The position numbers and the translations under genes are program-made. Positions 25,601 through 34,313 of a stretch of 64,000 nucleotides of DNA are shown here, piece after piece. Each line of letters opens with the position of its first letter. Positions within the stretch are counted from its first letter, which is position 1. The notes under the pieces were generated by a model. It was not told the DNA's origin. It saw only the letters and a list, made by a program, of their open reading frames with translations, and ran no database searches. The stretch lies in contig CM039009.1 in NCBI GenBank assembly GCA_017499595.2, positions 620,001 to 684,000 of the forward strand, written 5' to 3'. This DNA comes from Psilocybe cubensis. Taxonomy: Eukaryota.

Positions 25601-26557
25601 GATGACTCGGGAACTTCTCAATTCAATGCGACAGCCCATTATGGTCATATTTCCACACCACCTTACGATTCCACACATGAGGCCCCACAAATAGAACAGC
25701 CACCATCACCATCTGTCAATCCGTCCATCAAATCCCACACTTCAGACAATAACGACCCACATGAAGAAGAACCAGCTGACGACGATCCAGAAATGGAACA
25801 ATTGAGCTCACCCGAAGTAGAAGCTATTCAATTCTCTTCTGACAATACTCACCTTACGGCTATGGGAATGCTCAACCCCCACTTGCGCTTTGAAGACTGG
25901 ATTCTATACAACGCCACTTATTCTTCTCCTACTCGTGTTGTTTCTGACCGAACAGGAACGGCCTTTGTCCATTATGTTTATCCGCAGAGAGACAGCCATA
26001 TAAACTTGACGACGACTCCAACTATTCTACACTTCAGTCGCACTGGTATCTCGTCTCAATCTAACCACTCTGCTTCAGTCAGTGCCTATCCAATGGGCCA
26101 ACGTCACTCAGCATCCTGGACTCATTTTATTCCCCAATCCATTCGCTCTCAAAACGCTTCTCCTATTCCCCAACCTCATTCCCGAAGTTCTGCTCTTCCA
26201 GAGACGCCTCTTTCGATTATGATTCACCAGGAAACACGTGTATCATCGACGGTCACCGCAAATGTAGACGAGCATCATCGAGGCCCGAAAGCTTTGGTAC
26301 ATCCTCTGCGAGTAGCCCACGACAGTCCGAAGGAGCCATTAAACGAGGATGAAGAAGAGCTACGAATCGCCCAAAATGGCAAAGAGGTCGACCACAATTC
26401 TTCCCTTTTACCTCTTCCCATAACCAGCACAATGCACGAATCGCGAGCTTCAAATATGGATGATGGAAACGAATGGTACTATCAGTATGGAGAAGAAAGT
26501 CCCTTTGGTATCGACAACACGGAAGAACATCCCTTGGACGCCAACACATTGTACTGA
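22673..26557 (+). CDS. gag: Gypsy Gag-protease polyprotein with long acidic/low-complexity tail
   Basis: APKFTG gag motif, CCHC knuckle CYGCHQQGHGINNC, aspartic protease ALIDSGS and ILLGRPW. Confidence 0.9.
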   Translation: MTDSGNPLPSSTPTMATTIIQRTPVDMPVPKSSAAPKFTGSYVDVKNFLDHCDRIFDQYNVTLDDDKVRYMVQCCNQESREIIEGLPSHHAKQWERLKTDMLKIFDHARTTQKFTLSTLRAYAFQHSNLSMRSLDDFREYQKQYIRIAGWLLNNNKISKTEYNQYFWLGINESLRPALESKIMVFNPHIDLSSPFSIEDVTKAVEIIFKRDRFDVGIFDNPSARPFTSLIPPKDSYPERSSVFDEIKKYLQEMFPNIETRDARERPYNPPEETKRIFQDLDKEEKQAHKDDEVENLIKQMSKLTIHDSSYAIYYLRAIKLEPALANMLIAPAIMNPSAQPAQPVPIASQSAPPAPRAPRQSASEIICYGCHQQGHGINNCPTLIDLTNRKLISRDSSNRVVFPDGSRIIRQNGESIAQAVLRQQQPPPPPPPQVATTSIAVSEAYYGQMFKNYRAMVAEEEEDDIGTWDGEDEFEFTLAGPGNRIPTEKRTRAARKQVMDAVVPPEPTYLKGKRAEMSKAKDSSQIPSILKRPANSGLPNNVPSSTSIQPVPIPSINQPSAEMNPSIPVKQAQPNVPIRANPTEHPGTAQRHEVFDPADDDQIMEDVTPSLERGKSVTKPRAAPQKRVSDISQTVDTMAILRRCLNQPVNATFGELLGVSKDLRTLLINSIKGKTLTVDEFKASLANGNLKLSDKEVLDIIRSAEKDVPVQYMHETNSVESLRAHEPLLRITLMCNGHELNALIDSGSTQNILSEQAWKKIVKLPMDSRNTIVMVDIHGGKSHMLGFVGNVQLDIGTVRTRAHCYVSDKVQFDILLGRPWTRDNYVDILERPEGTFIAFYDVKDPTREQKFLVTPDTQHDRRYFTDTIYDKTPHTMLAHNDLSLANPDAEEGEIEEDLEPGELLDDLCYPSPTPSMIELSILTRQQSLNRDESANPNEDLSTSQDAPSFSDYNCEHDSTQDSSHGLYASDYDSMYQDDSGTSQFNATAHYGHISTPPYDSTHEAPQIEQPPSPSVNPSIKSHTSDNNDPHEEEPADDDPEMEQLSSPEVEAIQFSSDNTHLTAMGMLNPHLRFEDWILYNATYSSPTRVVSDRTGTAFVHYVYPQRDSHINLTTTPTILHFSRTGISSQSNHSASVSAYPMGQRHSASWTHFIPQSIRSQNASPIPQPHSRSSALPETPLSIMIHQETRVSSTVTANVDEHHRGPKALVHPLRVAHDSPKEPLNEDEEELRIAQNGKEVDHNSSLLPLPITSTMHESRASNMDDGNEWYYQYGEESPFGIDNTEEHPLDANTLY

Positions 26558-26572
26558 CTATCTGGACGGTGC

Positions 26573-29500
26573 ATGGACATCAGCTTGCTTCCTCAATGCC
26601 CTCTCTTTGTTCTCCGATCCCCTCAATTTTTCTTTGTCACCTTTGCTGTTGCTGGTGTTTCTTCTTCCTCATCGTTATGCCTTTATTCCACCTCCCATTT
26701 TATTTCCACATTTTGCGTTTCTCTTTTCCATTTCACGGACACTTATGTAGATTTTTCATTTGTGCAACGAGTTCTTGAACGCCTCCACTTTTCTTTTATG
26801 CGCCTTTTCCTCACATTCACACTCTCAATGGCAACTCCACGCCATACAACCTTTTCCTTTACCTTTTATTTTCATTTTCTTTCCACTTTATCCATTTGTA
26901 TGTACGTCGACCGAAAAGTCGTTAAACTAACCTTTATTTATTCCTCCCTTTTATTTATTTGTTCCACCCCCGCTTCACCACTTCAGTCCGCAAACAAATC
27001 CTCAGGTCACCTATTGCAGAGTTCTTGGAGAAACACGCGCAACCTCCCAAAGGAATGCTATACGGAATCTCTATCTCCAATATACACCACCATCACGCCT
27101 CCAATACACCTCGAACTCCTACAGAATCGGGAAGGGCTTCATCTTATCCACAAAGAGCGAAAAATCAAGCTTACGGACAAGATAAGAAGGACGACCACTC
27201 CATTACCTCTGATGGGTCAAGACCTACAGAAATTTCGGATAGATCAAAGCATTTATGCGAGATCATGGTCACTCAATTCAGATATTACTGCTAAACCCAC
27301 CGTCAACCGAACTAATTCGGCAAGGTCGTCAAGCTCTCCTACAATTGGTTTTGTATTCACTGCCGCGTCAGGATCGACACTATCAACCTTCCGAGCCTCC
27401 ATGAATCAATTCATATCACCTATTCTTTCCCCCTCTTCTGCCAATACAGCCTATAAACGAGTCGATCGGAAAGTTAGACCTATAAATCGGGTTACTCCAG
27501 AATCGGCCAAAGTTATACGACGAATTCCTGTTGATCCCTTATTATCTCTCCCACCTCTCCCACTCCATCCCCCTGCCTTTACGCCAACACCCAGACTCAC
27601 TCTTGAACGCATACAATCAATGAACATTAACGCCAACAAATTCCTATGGCCGGAAGAAGAAAAGCTTTTCCTTCATATTCTTAAACTCAATGAACGCTCA
27701 CTCGCTTTTCATCAGTCCGAACGTGGAACATTTTCTGAAGAATACTTCTCTCCATACATCTTTCCTGTTGAGGATCACGAGCCCTGGGTAGTCCGAAATA
27801 TTCCTATTCCACCCGGCATCAAGGATCAAGTTATCAGTCTCTTACGTGAAAAGATAGACGCTGGAGTATACGAACCAAGCCAAGCTCCGTATCGCTCTCC
27901 AATTTTCTGGGTCAAGAAGAAGACATCTGGTGCTATCCGTCTAGTTCATGATCTGCAGATTCTTAACTCTATTTCCTATCGCGACGCAGGAGTTCCTCCA
28001 GTTCTTGACGACTTTGTGGTTCCCTTTGCTGGTCATTCTATTTACACGGTCTTTGACTTATATTGGGGATATGACGCACGCAAAATCCATCCTATGAGCC
28101 GAGATCTTACCACATTCCAGTCGCCTATTGGACCTCTTCGACTTACTTCAATGCCTATGGGATATACGAATGCAGTAGCGGAATTTCAAGCCTGTACAAC
28201 CTTCATCCTTCGTGACGAGATCCCTCACGTAGCCAATGTCTTTATCGACGATGTTCCTATCAAAGGCCCTCCAACACAGTACTTAGACGAGGACGGCAAT
28301 CCAGAAACACTTCCAGAAAATCCAGGAATACGACGATTTGTCTGGGAACATGCTCAAGATGTTCATCGAGTTATGCACCGCATGGGATGTGCTGGTGCTA
28401 CATTTTCTGGACCAAAGACTCAGCTCGCTCAGCCTAAAGTTCTTATCCTTGGACAGTTATGCACTCCGGATGGACGACTACCCGATCAGAGCAAGATACA
28501 GAAAGTCACTGATTGGCCACGACCAAAGTCTGTTCACGACATCCGATCCTTTCTAGGTCTATGCGGAACAATGCGTGTTTGGATCAGAAATTACTCAGCC
28601 CTTGTCCGACCACTCACAGAACTCTATCGTAAGGACGAACCCTTTGTCTGGACTCAACAACGAGAAGACTCTTTCCAAACTCTCAAAGAAATCATTTCCA
28701 ATCCTCCTGTTCTCACTTCTATTGACTATTCATCCGATCGCCCAGTTATTCTTGCCGTGGACACTTCTCACATTGCTATTGGTATTATTCTCTATCAGCT
28801 TGACAAAGAAGGCATCCGACGACCTGTCCGCTATGGTTCTATCTCACTTAATCCACGAGAAGCACGATACAGTCAGCCCAAGCTTGAGTTATATGGTCTT
28901 TTCCGTGCTCTTCGAGAATTCCGCCTCTATCTTATTGGAGTCAAGAACCTCTACGTTGAAGTCGACGCCAAGTACATCAAAGGCATGCTCAATCAGCCTG
29001 ACTTGCAGCCTAGTGCTAGTATGAATCGATGGATACAAGGCATTCTTCTCTTTGACTTCAAGCTCATCCATGTAAAGGCCGGTAATCATCGTGGACCTGA
29101 TGGACTTTCAAGGCGACAACCAACTTCTGAAGAGTTAGAAGAACCTCAAGAAGACGATGACTGGCTCGACGATATTGCTCTTCTTAATACGGTCAAATTT
29201 TTCCCTACTTTTCTTTTTACTCCCTCTTCTATGCCATCGTATGACTCTATCTCACTTCCTTCTTTTATTGCTTCTTCTTCTTCTCAAGAACGGACACTTC
29301 GACAAATTCTTCAATTTCTTACAGACCAAACTATACCCCCTTTTCCCAATTTGCAGTCCCGACGACGATTCCTTGCTCGCGCTACTCAGTACTATCTCAA
29401 AGATGATCAACTCTATCGACGACGACAAGGAAGACCTCCACTCTTGGTTATTCTAGATCCAGACAAGCGACGTCTCATTCTTACTCAAGCTCATGAAGAA

Positions 29501-30643
29501 CTTGGACATCGAGGAGTATACGGTGTGTTTGGAGTTATTCGCATTCGGTTTTTCTGGCCATTTCTTTTTCAGGATATCAAGCATCATCTCGCTACTTGCC
29601 ATGAATGTCAGATCAGATCCACCAAGAAAAGCGAAGTTCCTATCACTATCACAGCTCCCCCAACTATCTTCACTATCATCAATGTCGACGTCATGTACAT
29701 GCCCAAATCTGGACGCTTCCGATACGTAGTCCTAGCCCGAGACGACTTATCACGTGCACCTGAAGGACGTGCCCTCAAGTCTTTACGTTCCGAAGAGCTG
29801 GCCACTTTCTTTTGGGAAGAAGTCATATGCCGATATGGTGCTATTGTTATTGTACGCACGGACAATGGAGTAGAAGTCTCTGGCGCTTTCAGTCTTTTGA
29901 TGGAAAAGTACGGCATTCCTCAAGTTCGCATTTCTCCTTACAACTCTAAAGCCAATGGATCTATTGAACGTGGTCACATTGACTTCCGTGAATCCATTCT
30001 CAAAGCTTGCGGCAACCGACCTCTAGACTGGCCACAGTACGTTCATCACACACTCTTCTCTGACAAATGCATCACTCGACGCTCTACTGGACATTCCCCT
30101 TTCTACGTCATGCATGGTGTTCATCCTGTTCTTCCATTCGATCTCCTTGAAGCCACATTTCTAGTTGATGGATTCCGACAAGGAATGAGTTCCGAAGATC
30201 TCTTAGCTCTCCGTGTTCGACAACTCATGAAACGAGATGAAGACTTAGCCAACATAGCCGACGTTCTGAAACAATCACGACTTCAATCCAAAGCTACTTT
30301 TGAACGACGATTTGCTCGACGTCTTCGACAAGAAAGCTTCAAGTTTGGTGATCTAGTCCTCGTTAGGAACAGTCAAGTCGAGAAGGAGATGAATCGCAAG
30401 CACAAGCCACGATACCTTGGACCTTACGAAGTTGTACGACAGACACGAGGAGGATCATATGTGCTTAGAGAACTTAATGGTACGCAACTGGCTCAAGGCG
30501 TAGCTGCTTTCCGACTTCTTCGCTATTTTCCACGAGACGGTTCAGTCATTCCTCGACCTCAGCTAGACCGGATGATCAGAGAACTTGGACACGAGAGTGA
30601 GGAAGATGAAGACACATGGAGCGACGATATGGACAATTTCTAA
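26573..30643 (+). CDS. pol: Gypsy Pol (RT, RNase H, integrase); in frame with gag-PR across one TGA
   Basis: RT: RLVHDL, DLYWGY, MPMGYTN, FIDD. RNase H: LAVDTS, KLELYG. IN: HEELGH…CHEC, VDVMYM, RTDNG, ANGSIER and GPY. Confidence 0.95.
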   Translation: MDISLLPQCPLFVLRSPQFFFVTFAVAGVSSSSSLCLYSTSHFISTFCVSLFHFTDTYVDFSFVQRVLERLHFSFMRLFLTFTLSMATPRHTTFSFTFYFHFLSTLSICMYVDRKVVKLTFIYSSLLFICSTPASPLQSANKSSGHLLQSSWRNTRNLPKECYTESLSPIYTTITPPIHLELLQNREGLHLIHKERKIKLTDKIRRTTTPLPLMGQDLQKFRIDQSIYARSWSLNSDITAKPTVNRTNSARSSSSPTIGFVFTAASGSTLSTFRASMNQFISPILSPSSANTAYKRVDRKVRPINRVTPESAKVIRRIPVDPLLSLPPLPLHPPAFTPTPRLTLERIQSMNINANKFLWPEEEKLFLHILKLNERSLAFHQSERGTFSEEYFSPYIFPVEDHEPWVVRNIPIPPGIKDQVISLLREKIDAGVYEPSQAPYRSPIFWVKKKTSGAIRLVHDLQILNSISYRDAGVPPVLDDFVVPFAGHSIYTVFDLYWGYDARKIHPMSRDLTTFQSPIGPLRLTSMPMGYTNAVAEFQACTTFILRDEIPHVANVFIDDVPIKGPPTQYLDEDGNPETLPENPGIRRFVWEHAQDVHRVMHRMGCAGATFSGPKTQLAQPKVLILGQLCTPDGRLPDQSKIQKVTDWPRPKSVHDIRSFLGLCGTMRVWIRNYSALVRPLTELYRKDEPFVWTQQREDSFQTLKEIISNPPVLTSIDYSSDRPVILAVDTSHIAIGIILYQLDKEGIRRPVRYGSISLNPREARYSQPKLELYGLFRALREFRLYLIGVKNLYVEVDAKYIKGMLNQPDLQPSASMNRWIQGILLFDFKLIHVKAGNHRGPDGLSRRQPTSEELEEPQEDDDWLDDIALLNTVKFFPTFLFTPSSMPSYDSISLPSFIASSSSQERTLRQILQFLTDQTIPPFPNLQSRRRFLARATQYYLKDDQLYRRRQGRPPLLVILDPDKRRLILTQAHEELGHRGVYGVFGVIRIRFFWPFLFQDIKHHLATCHECQIRSTKKSEVPITITAPPTIFTIINVDVMYMPKSGRFRYVVLARDDLSRAPEGRALKSLRSEELATFFWEEVICRYGAIVIVRTDNGVEVSGAFSLLMEKYGIPQVRISPYNSKANGSIERGHIDFRESILKACGNRPLDWPQYVHHTLFSDKCITRRSTGHSPFYVMHGVHPVLPFDLLEATFLVDGFRQGMSSEDLLALRVRQLMKRDEDLANIADVLKQSRLQSKATFERRFARRLRQESFKFGDLVLVRNSQVEKEMNRKHKPRYLGPYEVVRQTRGGSYVLRELNGTQLAQGVAAFRLLRYFPRDGSVIPRPQLDRMIRELGHESEEDEDTWSDDMDNF

Positions 30644-30701
30644 TCTATCCCCCCCTTCCTTCCGCAACCGGGGACGGTTGATTTCTCAAGTTTGGGACGG
30701 A

Positions 30702-32323
30702 TATCATACCCCAATCCTGATTGGAGATGAGATGTTCATTTTGGATCTACACACGACGCCCTCAACCCAAGCAGTCATTCTTTCCATAAGTCATCCACAC
30801 ATCTTATCTTATCAACACTTGTCACATGGGAGCCACGTTATTCCGGATCATGTCACTTCGTCAGATCATCAAGGCTATGCGACGGATCAGTCAACCATCA
30901 AACTGCATAGCTTTCAACACTGCCTTGCATAGCCGGACTGTCAACTCTATTTTTATCAATTCAATGGTCTTACTCAGCGTCAGGCTGCGGATTACTCATT
31001 CCAACTTAGTTTTGGTTTGTCTTACTCATCCTTTTGTGTTTATTTATATCTTTTCTATTGTCTGTTGCGCTTTTATTGTCTTTGTCTTACCAATCTTCTA
31101 TGCTTTCTGACTCATCCTTGCTTCTTTTATCTAATCTGTATTACCATTCACCTTCGTCATACACTTCTTTCTTACTCATCCTATTCATTTCTTATCTGTC
31201 GTCGTGTCGATATTGACATGTCTTATTGTTCTTGCTTATTGTTACACTTGCGTAGCCTCATTCTTGACACTTTGTACAGTATATGACTCGGTTTTCAGTA
31301 GCTTAGATTGGTATTTCGTTCACGTAGCTTTTAGTATAAAAGCTGTAGTAGAATTACACGAAATGACAGGAAAGTTACACCCAGTCCACACTTTCTTCAA
31401 AGCAAGTCAATTTTCATCCAAGTCAAGTCAATTTCAAGTCAATCCACATCGATTCATTTCAATTCCAAGCTCAAGTTCAAGCCAAGCCCAAACCCAAGTC
31501 CAATTCAGTCATCAGTTCCACCCTCCGTCGAGACCAAGTTTACTTCCATTCATCCGAAGTCATCTCGCTTTCCATTAAGAGAGGATTTCATCCGAGACCA
31601 GTCATCCTCCTCATCCAACGCCTCTTCTTCTCAGCGTTGAATATCCAACTTCTATCCAGACCTCCAGTACTTCCCTACTTCCTCTCCTCCATTCAATCCG
31701 TCACCGCTCCTACTCTTTCTACACCTTCCAACCATCGCCGTTAGAAGTGTATTCAAGACATCCTTTCCCTCCGTCAACTCATCTGGAGCGATTTCATTCG
31801 AGACAGACTTAGTCTTTCATCCTCGATTCAGTCAATACTCCTATAGCTTCATTCCAAGCTTCAGAAAGATTGTCAATTTAAAGACACTTTCACCATTCTT
31901 CAAGATTCAGCCCGTTAACGACATTCCGACTCCTAGTCATCTTCTTATCTCCCCTCGGAACATTCCCCACTCACTTCAGACAACCCCTCTAAGATTCACA
32001 TTTATTGATTTCTCATACGCAATCTACGCATCTTCTTCACGCTTTCCATATACACCCGCCATCCAATTCCACGGTTCCATCCCATTTTCGGAAGGCTTAT
32101 TTACTATCGTACCCAGACGACCCGGTTATCCTCTTCTTACTATTTCGCTTTCATTACCCTTCACAATCCACACCATCCTAATCTACTTAAATCCTAGGCA
32201 GCGTCCTCCCTTAAGAAACTTAGGAGAAGGTTTCGTCCTATCCAGTCTGGACCACTCTTTCCCTGGGGTTTGTGTTTGTTGGATTACATATAGTTTATAA
32301 CCAATCACAAACTTCGATCTTCA
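30702..32323 (+). repeat. Gypsy 3' LTR
   Basis: Direct repeat of 20856-22477. Confidence 0.95.
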
Positions 32324-34313
32324 CCGCCACCATCCACACAAACCCTGAGACCGAAGCTCGCGATTCTTTGTTGCCTGCCCAATCGGCGTCAGAGTAACCT
32401 TGAAGAGGTTGCGATGCAGCCTCTCCTCCGTAGTGGAGACGATAATTGCGTGTCCCGCTGAGGTATCGGAGAACCCGTTTGGCTGTGGCAAAGTGCCGAG
32501 GTTGAGGGTTTGATGCGTGCTGCGAAAGTAATAGGACAGCGATGGAGATGTCGGGACAGGAGTGTCGTTGAATAAAAAGGAGGGATCCGATGAGGCGTTG
32601 AAAGGTAGGCTTGATGTTTGGTATTTCGGGGAATGTGTCGGCTTCCTGTCCAAAGATGTTATTGGCGTCGAGTGGGGTGGAAACTGGGCTGCAGTTGAGG
32701 AGTCCATATTCGTCTAGGATGCTCTCAATGTAGGATGTTTGATGAATCCAGATTTCTCGAGTAGACGTGTTTCTCTCGTATTGCACCCCGAGGTATGAGC
32801 GAAGAGGGCCGAGGTCCTTGATGCCAAATCTCTTATTGACTTTGGATTTAGCGTGGTCAAGAAATGCTTTTGAATTAGATGCTCCGAGTCCATCGTCGAC
32901 GTGAATGCACAACCAACAGTGCACCTGTTCCCCATTCCAAAGTCCCTCAAAGACAAAGGTAGCGTGGTCTTTCTCTGATCGTTTAAACCCTATGTCCTGC
33001 AGTGTTGAGCGGATCAGGATGTACCATACACTACTCGCCTGTTTTAAGCCGTAGAGTGACTTCTTCAGTCTCCAAATGCCTTTCGGGAAAGGAGAGGTGT
33101 AGCCCGGAGGACACCTCATGTAAATAACCTCCGATAAATCTCCCCACAGGAATGCTCTCGTGGCGTCGAAGCATTCTATGTGCCACCCATTGAGGGTCGC
33201 ATGCACAACGATTGCTCTGATGCTGACCGATTTAGATACGGGCGCGAATGTTTCGTGATAATCGATGAGGTATTTTTGGGAGAATCCCTGAGCAACGAGC
33301 CTTGCCTTATAGATTAGATTTCCCTGATCGTCAATTTTGAATTCAAAAACCCATCGACATCCAATCGTATGTGTCCCATCTACGAAGCACTCGTCCGTGT
33401 ACACATTCATTGACCTGAGCATATCCAGCTCCTTTTCGACGACTTTTTGCCATTGGTCTGCATCAGGACGCTGCATTGCTTCAGCGTAGTTGGCCGGCGG
33501 GATTTTGAGATCGTAATTGGGAGAGTGAGGATTTCGTTTCTGCTCGCTCCTGATGGAGAGTAAAGTTGCCTCAAAAAAGGCTTCCTTATCTCGTGCCAGG
33601 TAGTCTTCGACGTCCAGTGAGACTAGTGATACGTCTTCGGAGTTATCGTGGGGATGATGTTCCAGCATTCCGACGGAGCACAAGGAGATGAAAGGATTTT
33701 CATCGTCACCCCCTTGCTCAGTGGAAGGCTGAACAGTTGACGAACGTTCTGCACTTGTGGCTCTACGTGAGGCTATGATGCTGTCGCTTTTCGCCTTTTC
33801 TGCTTCGCGGAATTGATTGTATAAAATTCCTCTTGAGGTTGGATGTCGTTCTCTTGAGGAAGAGCGCGGTGGCGGTAAGACACGATGAGCGATAGGAGTT
33901 GGAGGTTGTTGAGGAGGATGGGAAGGGGGAGTAGATGGAATAACATCTATATCTACGGAAGAAATAGAAGATGAAGAGGGAACAGAAGAAGAAGAAGGTT
34001 CAAGAAGTTGGGATGAGTCCAAGTCAGAAGGTGTAGATACAAGATTTGGAACGGATGTTGTGACTGGGGATGAATAAGAAGAAGATGAAGTAGGAGAGGA
34101 AGAAGATAAAACATCGGAGAAGAAGGGTAAGGATGAGTAGTCTATGGGAATAGAAGAATTATTGTTAGAAAGAAAGGGCATGTTTTCGTCAAACATAGCA
34201 TTAGAAGAATGAAAGAAGTGTCCTGTTTCAAGATGTCGGAACCTGTACCCTTTTCCGCCAGGCGGGTAACCCATAAATCTGCACTGTACAGATTTTGCGC
34301 CGAGCTTTGATTG
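32324..34313 (-). pseudogene. pol: Copia copy 1 IN C-terminus and RT, cut at the start of RNase H by Gypsy
   Basis: KARLVAQG, LYGLKQ, HVDD and YSDADWA, then the reading frame runs into the Gypsy LTR. Confidence 0.92.

Larger units (their letters stand above)
20856..32323 (+). mobile_element. Full-length Ty3/Gypsy LTR retrotransposon (11468 bp)
   Basis: 1622-bp LTRs, 4-bp TSD CCGC (20852-20855 and 32324-32327), PBS TGGAGCCCACCGCGAGG at 22480, purine tract GGGACGGA before the 3' LTR, domain order gag-PR-RT-RH-IN. Confidence 0.97.

Noticed and set aside
32295..32323. ORF-track C-terminus AVKIEVCDWL as a novel RT tail
   Set aside because: It is read-through into the antisense Gypsy LTR at the insertion site.
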